Source of the DNA: Trichosphaerium sp. ATCC 40318
Lineage: Eukaryota > Protista > Tubulinea
NCBI GenBank assembly: GCA_038496445.1
Contig: JALMLS010000637.1
Span: 124,001-188,000 of the forward strand
DNA length: 64,000 bases
Direction of reading: 5' to 3'
The notes below the pieces were generated by a model. That model saw only the letters and a program-made list of their open reading frames with translations. It was not told the DNA's origin and searched no databases. This document shows, in pieces, positions 38,990 through 49,595 of this stretch. The stretch's first letter is position 1, and each line of letters starts with the position of its first letter. Both the position numbers and the translations under genes were made by a program.

Positions 38990-39917
38990 CTAATTTTGGT
39001 TTGTTCGTTCATATGTGTGCAGAACAAGTTCCAAGCTAAATCCGTAAGGCATACTACTTGTGTGTAAATGTTTTAATCCTTTGCTTTCAATCTTATTAGT
39101 GAGTATTAATACACGTGCTCCTACAGTAATTAGGATTGAGATTTTTTTACACCACCACTACCTGGCTTGAGTGTTTCAAGTTGATGCTCTAGCAATAAGA
39201 GTTGGTCAGGAGAAAAGCATGTGCCCGCAATAAATACAATATCAGCTTCCGCTAGATCGTATGTTAGAGCATCATCACAAGCAAGAATGACTTCTCGAGG
39301 CTCAGGAACAAGTGACTAAAGAAAGCCAAATAAATAAAAATAGTTGTGTGGCTACTAGAGGCATCATATCGCAAAAACCAACTTACTCTGTATTGCGCTA
39401 AAGCCTTTAACGCTGCCTGGTGTAGTTGTGGAACAATTTCAATACCTACCTAAAGCAAAAAACTTAATCTACAAATTAAGTAACTTGTACTGCATTACAA
39501 GCTTCGTGAAGTGCTGGAATTCAAGCGCACATGCAATGACTGCCTTCCCTACACCAGAGCCAATATCGTAGAATACCTTGAGAATCGTTTAGAGAAGGTT
39601 TGAGAGTAGATGAAGTATTTGAATAATACCGTATCTGAAGGCTTTATGACGCGCCTCATTTCAATATTGAAAGCATTGTAGTCGATTTCTCCGTACACAT
39701 GACTATTTCCAACAATCGCAGCCGAAATATCGTATCCACTGACATCTAACGCACATATGACATCAACCAAACGTAAAACAACAATCGAACCTTGAAATAT
39801 TGCGTTAAACAGTATGTCTTTGTTTAGTGCGTCCAAATCTGGCTTGGCAGGTACTGCAACAGCTTCTTCTAATTCTTTGACATACCCATCCCACCAGTCA
39901 TCGTCTTGAGTTGCCAT
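38990..39917 (-). CDS. DOT1-like class I SAM-dependent methyltransferase (short form)
   Basis: VYGEIDY...FYDIGSGVGKAVIACAL...VGIEIVPQLH...DALTYDLAEADIVFIAGTCF. Confidence 0.82.
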
Positions 39918-40051
39918 TAAAACATGAACGGAAAAAACCGTTGAAAAAAACAGAAAAGCCTGAAACAAAAAACTCTGTACTCGCTTCATAACTTTATTCA
40001 ACGCTTCACAATATTACGTTGCGTATATTTATGCTACATTGATGCTGTTGA

Positions 40052-40721
40052 TTACAATTGTAAGTCCACACCAGTGAGTGCAAGTACAGATTGTGTATAC
40101 TCAACTGTTTCCTTTGGTAGGAATGGTATAGCGAAGTGTAATGCGAAGGAGCCAACAGTTGTGTATATGAGTGCCTACAAAACAATATTTTAATAAAAAA
40201 TCTTCAAATTAAAATCTGTACACGAAGGGCATTAATGCAGAGGTAGAAGCCTGGGATACGTTTATCAGCCTCCTTGATATATCCTTGAATGTACCAGTGG
40301 CGACCTGAGTTCCATTAGTTACTTTTAACCAAAAAAGCGTTATTACAAACGTACCGAGTAAATAAATAGCGCCACAAGCGCTAGCAAAGTATGGTTGCAC
40401 GTATGTTGCGTTTAACCACATAACCGGCAAAAATATAACCAACCACTCCATTGTATTCTACAATGAGATTAGCGCCTCACTCATGCGTGTAAGTAATCAA
40501 CGAACAACTTGCCTGTTGTGTTCTAAAGGCGCGATCGAACTCCTCGTTTCCTGATACCTTTGGTGGTTTAATATCGTGCTTTCCTACGTATTTACTTAGA
40601 TTCCGTACAAAAGCGCTAAAAACGTACGTCTCATAGCGCCAATAATACTCATTGTACTGACGTACTGAAACACGGAAGCAGTTGTTACTACAGCGGGAAG
40701 TAGAAAGTGTCTGAGGCTCAT
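40052..40721 (-). CDS. MAPEG family protein (microsomal glutathione S-transferase-like)
   Basis: KHDIKPPKVSGNEEFDRAFRTQQ|NTMEWLVIFLP...GAIYLLG..YW YIQGY, the MAPEG signature. Confidence 0.9.
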
Positions 40722-40978
40722 TGTGTCCTGGTACAATACGTGGATTGACACCAAAACTTAACTTAGCTTCAAGGCACGATTACCACGTGACCATATTAAA
40801 ATTGCATCTTTGTATTGCAGTCACAAGCGTTTGTCAATTCCCGTTCAACAACTTGTCAGCAGTTTAACGCCTTGTGTTCAACAATTAATTCAGCCAGATA
40901 GTTTGGTCAAACTTTATTCCTCCTGAAACACGTTCAACGATTGGTAACCGTACAATAAGCACATAACTGTACTACAAA

Positions 40979-41563
40979 ATGGACCCTTCACTCAAACGCG
41001 ACGTAGATAATATTAAAGCACCACGCAGTACAGACTATTCTCTTGGTATTCAACTTATGGGCAGACCGACGCTATTCGAGTACTTGGGCAAATTAAAAGG
41101 CCCAATCATCTCTATTGGTTCAGGAAACGGCAAAATAGAGAAAGAAGCTCCAGTAGACATGATTTGCGTAGACCCGGCTCCAGGTCACTTTAATCAAACT
41201 ACAGTTTATCAACACGACTACAAAACAGTAGACGACCTCCCAGACTCTTTTATTGGCAACTGCTCTCTATTTATCAACTGGCCAACGTTTACGCTGACCT
41301 ACGACATTGAATCAATTAAAAAACTTAAACCACGCGATATGCTACTCGTAATAGAGCTAAACGGCGCAGCAGGAAGCCCTGCGTTACTTCAATGGGTAGA
41401 TTTAACATTAAAACGCCAAACAGAGTACCAAGCGATAGTAGCTAAAGTATACGACATGAACCCAGACCTAGTACGTAAACTAAGTCAAGTTGAGAAGATT
41501 CAGACCTGTTTGCTTCACATACAACGAAAGGACGTTGTTGATGCTCCACCAAAGAAATCTTAG
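40979..41563 (+). CDS. Intronless putative Rossmann-fold SAM-dependent methyltransferase-like protein
   Basis: IISIGSGNG (motif I), ICVDP (motif II), LFINWP (motif IV-like); 194 aa in a single exon. Confidence 0.65.
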   Translation: MDPSLKRDVDNIKAPRSTDYSLGIQLMGRPTLFEYLGKLKGPIISIGSGNGKIEKEAPVDMICVDPAPGHFNQTTVYQHDYKTVDDLPDSFIGNCSLFINWPTFTLTYDIESIKKLKPRDMLLVIELNGAAGSPALLQWVDLTLKRQTEYQAIVAKVYDMNPDLVRKLSQVEKIQTCLLHIQRKDVVDAPPKKS

Positions 41564-42059
41564 TATTATCACAATAGACTACTGATCAATTGTAACTTAG
41601 TTTTGAAGTAAAATTTTTTTTTTAGCTCAAACACTTGCCGTTACGTTTTTTACGTTTGGTAAAGTTGCTATTCACAGAAATGTTGGAAAAGTTAAAGCCG
41701 TTTAAAAAGTGAGAGTATCCAAAGCAAGTATTTCATTGTTAACAACACTGCGACAAACAACATTGTCTTACAACATTATATTTATGAAATTGACATGAGA
41801 CAAGTTTTGTTATGATCTCGTATGACTTTGAGTGTCCGAGGTGCACCGTGAAGATTCACCATTGCTGGATTCTGTCTAACCTACACAAGAAAGCTTACAA
41901 CAGCAAAATGGGCCAGCTGGTGTTTCACGGTACGACACGGTGAACTGGTAGTGGTTGTTTTGTCACTTCAGGCGACATTTCAGCAACATTCTGAACCAAT
42001 TAGGTTCACAACACGTATACCCGAATGGCACGCTTTGCCAATGTGAGCTTGTTCGTAAA

Positions 42060-42960
42060 TAGTAGTTTTTTTAAAGCACGTGATTTTCAAACGTGATTAG
42101 AGATAAAATTGCTCGAGATTGCACGGGATAAGTCTAATTCGGTTATTTTTTCATGCGTTCATAATGTCTTTGTTGGAACTTCCTTACCAATAGCCCCATT
42201 AGCACCAAAAATGTAGTTGTTTCTAGGCTTATCATTTAACAGTAGTTTTTTCAAAGAGTCTAGGACTTTGTGCAATGTATAGCGCTAGTGATTGGCGAGT
42301 ATGTGTGCACTAAAATTCTTAACACAACCAAGTTTAATCAAATAAAAAATAAAACTAGCAACAACAACAAACAGCATGAGCACGTACAGTACTACACAAA
42401 ACAGACACCCTATCTATCGTAATGGGCTATCGGTATCAGACTTGGTAGCACCATATTTAAAAAGAAACCAAATAAAGCGAAGGCGCTTTCCTCCAATATA
42501 CAAGCAAGCAATGCTTAAACTTGGTACAAAAAACAACTTTTACAAAATAACTCAAACTGTAAAAATGCTTTTATTGTTAAATTCTCTCGATAAGGAGGTA
42601 GATTCCATATACGAGTACCTGTAAAAGGTAAACCAAAGGAAGAAAAAAAGTTGAAGTTGATTAAAACAATGAAAGAGAAAGGACCGTTCCAGTTTAACAA
42701 AGGATTCATTGTGAGAAGTACAACAAAGTTTTATTGGCAATACTATACAGAAGATATAACATTGATTGTGTTTCCACCCAAATCATTTGGAGCGCTGTAA
42801 ATGTCGCGTACTAACCACTACGCTACACAAAACGTATTAACACACTCACTCTGGAGTATGGAGGAACCTTATACGACATAAAACCAATCTCACATTGTAA
42901 TAACATTGTAAATAAAAAATAAATTTATTTAAAGCGAAAAATGTATGAAGAAGTGATATT
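42060..42960. repeat. Left arm of an inverted duplication of about 0.9 kb
   Basis: Aligns over promoter, gene and 3' region with the reverse complement of 46600-47460, e.g. CAAATAAAAAATAAAACTAGCAACAACAAC and GACACCCTATCTATCGTAATGGGCTATC. Confidence 0.9.
42376..42800 (+). CDS. Small basic orphan protein (about 118 aa, two exons), copy 1
   Basis: MSTYSTTQNRHPIYRNGLSVSDLVAPYLKR...LG|GRFHIRVPVKGKPKEEKKLKLIKTMKEKGPF...EDITLIVFPPKSFGAL*; frame and intron position are conserved in copy 2. Confidence 0.7.
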
Positions 42961-44140
42961 TGAAAAGCAGCGAAAGGCGTACACGAATATCATGAAAATA
43001 GCGCGAAAACAATGCATAATAATAAACATTGAGGTTTGTTTACACTATAATTTAAAGCCCGTGAAATAACGTGCTAAGAAGTTCTTAATATTTTCACATT
43101 TATCGTTCACATTCAGTTGTCCATACATAGGTTAAAAAAAAGATCATCTTTTCATGCATTTGTACACCCTACAAGCACATATTTTCCGTTTGGTTACTAG
43201 CGGCAACGTTCGCATACAAGCGAAAACTGGCATATTTTCAAACAAAACAATACCGGAAAATAAAATACGATCATGTGTATTTATTCAAAACAAAGTAATG
43301 CCATGGTATTTCGAAACTTTTGAGTTTTTCAAACCGATTTTACATTCTAAAGTATTTTGGGTTGATGTAACAATTCAGTTCGCTCTCTTACAACGTCTAA
43401 TAGTTCCTGTTTAAATAGAAAACGCCAAGTGTAAATTTGAAGAGATGGCGACATGGTACGAATGGTAATCTATGGAAATACGGTCCAGAAAGACTCGCCT
43501 ATGCAATACCCCAAGCATGGGCGTTTCTTTTTTACATGTTAGCTCGTCTTCCTTTTTTAAAACACATGCCAAATTGTGTACAGGTAAACCAGATTTGAAA
43601 TCTGCTTTATGATTTCACGCTATGGTTGTCATTTTTCTAGATACCTTCAACAAAATCTTTTCTTGCATTGAGGAGAAATACAGCGGTCTATTGTAAAATC
43701 GCTTGAGTTTTTTGGAGAACTTCGGTGACTAGTATCTCTTAACACCACCAGCAAATAAAATACAGATAAAATAAAATGATCTCCCTTTCAGATAGTAGGT
43801 TGTTTGTCTAAGACAGACTATTGCGAGTTCTGCATGACAATGAAAAGTTAGACAAGTAGAACTTTTAGTCGTAACATTACATACACTAGTGGTGTTCTCA
43901 ACGAAGAGAACACCGAATCTTTCGCCTCAGCGCAAATAGTTGGAAATATTCGAATATTTTTCAATTCGGTATTCAGGACAGTCATAGTGCTACACGGTAT
44001 TTGTGTACACATAAAATATTTGCTTTTTTATATTGAAAAAAATGCACACTGCTAAAGGGTGACTTTAGTTGCTTAACACGTGCTTTTGTTTCGTTAATTT
44101 GATGCTAAGTCTCCTTCAATTTGCAATCTTCATGCCATGC

Positions 44141-44839
44141 TTAACGATTTCTAGCTTGGTCATCAGTATAAAACCTGTACTCGCTTAATTGACCGTTATC
44201 ATACCAACACTTGTAGTCTCCGTCATATCTATTATTCACATAATTGCACTGCTCTTTCAATTGACCATTTTTATACCACCTCTTCAATTCTTCAAACAAA
44301 CCATTTACAAAATGACATTCTCTTGCTAATTTACCACTTTCATACCATCTCTTATATACTCCTTCTAGCTTATCATTAACATAGTTTTTTACAAAGTTAA
44401 TTTGTCCATTGTTGTGCCAAGTCTTGCTCTCGCCTTCTTTTTTACCATTGACATAATGATCAAACATCCATAAGTTACTATTGGTGTACCAATTTTTGAA
44501 ATCTCCTTCATGTACACCCTTTTTATAGCTTCCTTGAAAGCGCAACTGACCGTTGGACAACAACAGTTGCCCATTGTCACGCCAATCCTTATATTCTCCT
44601 TCTCTTCTATCATTGATGTAAAAATATTGTCTATACAGCTGTCCATTATTGTGACACTCCCTGCACTTTCCATCAATCTTATTGTTGGAATAATTGTATT
44701 GCTTATACAGATGACCGGTGTGCCACCAGTGAGTACAGTCTCCATCACGTTTACCTTGTGTCCAATACTCTCGACACAATAAGTTAAATATTTATTTTTC
44801 AATCGTTTAGTTACACTGTACTTGGTGCTTCGCTGTCAT
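44141..44839 (-). pseudogene. MORN-variant repeat cassette M1 with leader exon but no F-box (headless copy)
   Basis: W..NGQL....Y.N...EG repeats; the leader ATG ACA GCG AAG CAC CAA and intron start run directly into TTATTGTGTCGAGAG, lacking the acceptor and F-box present in M2 and M3. Confidence 0.75.
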
Positions 44840-45309
44840 TAAGAGGTACTGAGTTGTAAATACGTTAAACCAATTTACTATTCAATAATGATCAAAACAC
44901 ATGTTGACGGCAGTAGAAATTTCATCATTAAAGCCTATTTATTATTATTAGATACTTACAGTGCATTTACCACTCAGTACCAACTCAATGAAAGCGAAAC
45001 GCCAAGTAAAGTAAACAAAATGGTTACCAAAATAATATTTAATGTAGCAACATCGCAGAGAACAAGAGCCCAACCATCTATTGGACCTTCCGTTAGAGCT
45101 GCATCTTGAAATTATAGATCTAGATTTTGATATTTATCTAAAATGGCCTTTATTATCAAAGTACACAGCAACAACAACGAGATTTGATGCCGACTTACAA
45201 AAAAATGGTAAATGGTTGAAAAAACAAAGGAAAGAAAATGAATCGAAATTATTGTGTCGAGAGTATTGGACACAAGGTAAACGTGATGGAGACTGTACTC
45301 ACTGGTGGC
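44722..45309. repeat. Perfect 61-bp inverted repeat (44722-44782 / 45249-45309) around a 466-bp spacer
   Basis: TTATTGTGTCGAGAGTATTGGACACAAGGTAAACGTGATGGAGACTGTACTCACTGGTGGC is present on opposite strands without a mismatch. Confidence 0.92.
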
Positions 45310-45665
45310 CACACAACAAGCTCTGCTCGCAATCCAATTACGCCAACAATAAGATGGAAGGCGAGAGCAAGACTTGGTATGCTAATGGACAAATGAACTT
45401 TGTAAAAAACTATGTTAATGATAAGCTAGAAGGAGTATATAAGGGTTGGTATGAAAGTGGTGAGTTAGCAAGAGAATGTCATTTTGTAAATGGTTTGTTT
45501 GAAGGAGAGGACAGACAGTGGTATAAAAATGGCCAATTGAAAGAGCAGTGCAATTATGTGAATAATAGATATGACGGGGAGTACAGGAGTTGGGACAAAA
45601 ATGGCAAATTGAAGGAGTATAGGTTGTACAACAATGGCAAGTTGGAGATTGTAATGCCGAGATGA
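44988..45665 (+). CDS. F-box-like + MORN-variant repeat protein M2
   Basis: MKAKRQ|QHRREQEPNHLLDLPLELHLEII...KWPLLSK followed by WYANGQM, WYESGEL, WYKNGQL and WDKNGKL repeats. Confidence 0.8.
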
Positions 45666-45749
45666 TGGCGAATTGAGCTCTCGATCTCGGAAAGCATTGA
45701 GTTAGGAAATACTTAAACATGTAAATTGTGTTCGCCAGAGGAAAAACGA

Positions 45750-46290
45750 CTCATTTCAAATTGGTTTACATTTAGCTTCGTATTATGTAGTTTACACTAA
45801 AACATACCACAGCATAGCCTTGCCACGGAGTACCTGACGTGCTGTTTTTTGAACTTGTTAACTATGTGCTGAGTAGTTTGCAAAACACTTCATACAGCCC
45901 CAAAACCCTTACAAATCATCTGCACACACGTCATTGCGTAAGTATAAGCATATTAAAAACACAGAAAGGCTTTTGGAGCCTTGCAAACAACGATTCCATT
46001 TCGTCACCAACCGTTGTAGAAAACAATTTCTTGAACATGTACTACAAGATTCGTACTAATACGGTTATTTCTACGCGATATATACATACCAAGACGCACG
46101 AAAGTGCTAACGAGGTAATTTAACGCTAATCTGCTGTGGATTTTGATGCCAACGACTAGTACAACGGAAGCACACGTTTATCGAAACGTCACCTACCGTT
46201 CCAAAATGATACAAGACCATCGTGAAGCGTAGACAGTTTATTTTCATGGGTATTCGACTACGCTTTCGAAGTCTTCATGTGTTAAAATTG
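45750..46290 (+). repeat. Dispersed repeat, copy 2 (see 30383-31200)
   Basis: Collinear similarity to 30383-31200, including a 35-bp identical core at about 45805-45839. Confidence 0.8.
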
Positions 46291-46599
46291 ACTAACACTT
46301 ATTGCCTTGGTTATAGGACTCCGTTAACAAGGTACCTTGTTTTGGTAGTACAATTTTGGCGCAGATCGGCATAATTGCTTAATTGCAAACAACGCAAAAG
46401 TGTGACTCAAGAGTACCAGCTGTAACATGTAGCGAAGCGCAAACACCATTGAGACGAGAAGTGCTAGCATCCTTATGGAAACTATTAGAGTATAAGCACA
46501 AGCTGGAAGGGTTGTAATTTATACCAAAATCACCCTGCTGTTCAACATAACTTTAGTGTTGAAGAAGTATACACCTTGAACAGGTTCAAATGGTGTACA

Positions 46600-47460
46600 A
46601 TTTTCACTTCTTCATACATTTGGTTCTCGCGTTAAATAGGTGTCTGTTTATTTACAATGTCATTACAGTGCGTGTGATTGGTTTACAGTGCTCCAAATGA
46701 TTTGGGTGGAAACACAATCAGCGTAATATCTTCCGTGTAGTAATGCCAATAAAACTTTGTTGTGTTTTTAACAATGAACCCTGTGTTACACTGGAACGGC
46801 CCTTTCTCTTTCATTGTTTTAATCAACTGCAACCTTTTTTCTTCCTTTGGTTTACCTTCTATAGGTTGTCGTATATGGAATCTACCTCCTTATCAACAGA
46901 AGTTAACAATAAAAGCACATCTAGCTTTGCTCTTTTATAAAAGAAAAACTGCTAGTTTGTACCATGTTTAAGCATTGCTTGCTTGAATGTTAACGAAAAA
47001 CCTCTTCGTTTTAATTGGCTTCTTTTTAAATATGGTGCTACCAAGTCTGATATAGATAGCCCATTACGATAGATAGGGTGTCTAGTAATTGTCGTAGTTC
47101 TTGTGTATGTGCTCATGCTGTGTTGTTGTTGCTAGTTTTATTTTTTATTTGATTAAACTGGGTTGTGTTTAGTACACATACCCGAGCACCTATCAATGAC
47201 GCTATATTATACATTTTGCGAGCGTCAAGCATAATATATACGTACATAACGGGTACGAATAGTAAGCCAAAGAAATCTAACCGTTTTTTAGTCAACGTTA
47301 ATGAGAAGCCTAGAAACGGCTTTGTTTTTGGTTTTAATGGGCTTGTTGGAGCAAGGAAGTTCCAATAAAGACCGTATGAACAACGCATGAAAAAATCATA
47401 ACCTAATTTGACTGTCTCGTGAAATCTCGAGATTTTTATCACGTGACTTGAGAACTACTT
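46600..47460. repeat. Right arm of the inverted duplication of about 0.9 kb
   Basis: Reverse-complement match to 42060-42960 with scattered substitutions and indels. Confidence 0.9.
46683..47116 (-). CDS. Small basic orphan protein, copy 2
   Basis: MSTYTRTTTITRHPIYRNGLSISDLVAPYLKR...HG|GRFHIRQPIEGKPKEEKRLQLIKTMKEKGPF...EDITLIVFPPKSFGAL*. Confidence 0.7.
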
Positions 47461-48205
47461 ACGACCAATCAAAATAGATGAAAGTAAGTTCGTTATGTAA
47501 AATTTTTAAAAGTACATCTAGCACTATATTCAGGTAAACCGTTGTGAACTTATGGGCTAATTGTTACCACAAAGTTGCCGAAAAAGTGTCATACAGTGAA
47601 ACACCAGTTTTGCCCAGTGCTGCAGCAGTTCTGTTCCAAGATACTGCGGTAGACGCCGCTGGTTTTTGTGAACGCGATGAATTTGGGCACTCGAAGTTAC
47701 CCGAGATCAAAAATAAAAATTGGCTCATCGTAATAATGTGTAGTCCCGTATTAACTTGTACCGGGCCCATAGTAAAGATTGCAAAGAGCCAATGTTTGAT
47801 ACAATAGTAAGACATGCACCAAGAGCAAGTCTAGAGCTTTTGCTAAAGACTTTTGGGATGGCGTTGCAATAGACAAGACTGTACCATTGTACAAAATTTT
47901 AAAGTTATTGTGGTCACAAAAACAACATACAAGAAGGTGGATGTAGTACAAGGTGTATTACGAGGATATGATTGCGTTATTTTTATAGCTGCACTTGCAC
48001 ATCAAAGGTTTTGAATCATTCTTATTCATTTTAGTCTGTTATGGTATTTGACAGTGCATCCTTTCTCTTTCAATGCAATAATACCATCAAGTGTTATTGA
48101 TTTACAACCAAGCAATATTTTTGGTAAGGTTTCGACACGTGGTTTGGCCATTGTTGAATTATTAACTGTTAGACTTGGAGTGTATTTACCACTCAGTACC
48201 TCTTA

Positions 48206-48729
48206 ATGACAGCGAAACACCAATTACGGGTAACTAAACGGTTGAAAAACAAATATTTAACTTTAGGTAAATCCCGAAGGGGATATAGTTTTTTCCGAAA
48301 ACAAAAATTCGAAAGTGTAGAAAGATGCATAGCTAGGGCAGTCCACTAAACTAGAAAGCGCCTGGTTCACTTACGGTCGGGTCCTCGCTGTGCTAGGAAC
48401 TAGAACCCGACCTTCGCTCACATATAGTGATCCATTGGTGGGTATAGGCATTCGGTTTTTGTATCGAATTCTATTTTTTCGAATTTTTTCTTTCGAAAAA
48501 TTCGGAAAAAACGTGGGTCCGATCCCGAACAAGAGCGTAACCGTCTATTGAGGCTTCCATTGGAACTTCAACTTGAAATTATAGATCTAGATTTTGATAT
48601 TTATCTAAAATGGCCTTTATTATCAAAATACACAGCAACAACGAGATTTGATGCCGACTTACAAAAAAATGGTAAATGGCTGAAAAAACAAAAGAAAGAA
48701 AATGAACCGAAATTATTGTGTCGAGAGTA
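48206..48729 (+). pseudogene. F-box head M3 without MORN repeats; interrupted by one insertion and truncated by a second
   Basis: MTAKHQLR|VNPE[insert]QERNRLLRLPLELQLEIIDLDF...LLCREY; near-identical to the M2 F-box region and stops at GAGTA 48729. Confidence 0.8.
48279..48521. mobile_element. 243-bp non-autonomous DNA transposon with 8-bp TSD
   Basis: ATCCCGAA duplicated at 48271-48278 and 48522-48529; imperfect terminal inverted repeats (TIRs) share GTTTTTTCCGAA and AAAAATTCGAAA; removing the element and one TSD copy restores the M3 frame. Confidence 0.85.
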
Positions 48730-49595
48730 TTGTCTGTATCATTCAAGTTTGCTAATCTTTGCAACTTTTTGTTGTTTGTGACTTTTGGTTTTCGTGTTTA
48801 GTCAGATCTGACAGATCTTGCAACTTCTGTTAGTTCTTACAAGATCTTGTTAGTTCTTGCAACTTGTGTTAGTTCTTGCAAGATCTGTCAAAAACTACAA
48901 GGATGGATCTTGTCAGTTCTGGAAAAAACTAAATCCATGTCTACAACACACATTATTGCGACGCCACGTGTTTTTATTAATAACCATTATTTTATTTGGT
49001 ACATTAATTTAGCAGTTCTGTTGACGTACTCTAAGGTCCAGCAGTTGTCTTCTATACTCTAAAACGGATTATTGCGCTATGTTAATACCGTACACTCAGC
49101 GCAAGATACTTTGGAAGCGCTTGGAATTTTCTTTGAGGTTTTAACGTTATCTCGCGGTTAACACTCCTCTTACGCCTGAATGTGCCAGCATTCGCGTGGT
49201 TGTAAGTTAATATGAAATAATTATTAATTCGTACTCGGTTTTATGGCTGCTGGGTGATTAGTAATGAGAGCGCACCCTACGTGAAATACTGAGCTCGTCT
49301 TGTTAGATGATGTGACTTTGACGCAGTGCTTTTTCGTCTTGCCTTAATGTACTATGGACGACAAGGAAGGTACGTTGTCATGAGTTATACAATGTGATGC
49401 ATTCACATTGCACTGGTTCTGCAAGTTTTTCTCAAAGCTGTCAGTTCTTGCAAGAACTATCAAAACTGACAAAATCTGACAGAACTTGCAAGAACTAGCA
49501 GAAGTTACAAGATCTGGCAGTTTTGTTAGTTCTTGCAAGATCTTACACTTTGATACTTCTGCCAAACCTGTCGCAAACTTGAATGATACGGACAA
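48730..49595. mobile_element. 866-bp non-autonomous DNA transposon with 23-bp TIRs, TA flanks and subterminal repeats
   Basis: TA|TTGTCTGTATCATTCAAGTTTGC ... GCAAACTTGAATGATACGGACAA|TA (1 mismatch); multiple (GTT)AGTTCTTGCAAG(AACT) units near both ends. Confidence 0.88.

Noticed and set aside
43100-43500. Additional degenerate MORN gene (TWY..NGNLWKY-like fragment)
   Set aside because: A single frameshifted motif, too weak to call.
47500-48000. Transposase or recombinase that could drive the proposed inversion
   Set aside because: No DDE, tyrosine- or serine-recombinase motif in any frame I could read.
48790-48920. Short GTTAGTTCTTGCAA repeats as a CRISPR array
   Set aside because: Spacing is irregular, the units are mirrored at the other end of a TIR element, and there are no cas genes; they are transposon subterminal repeats.
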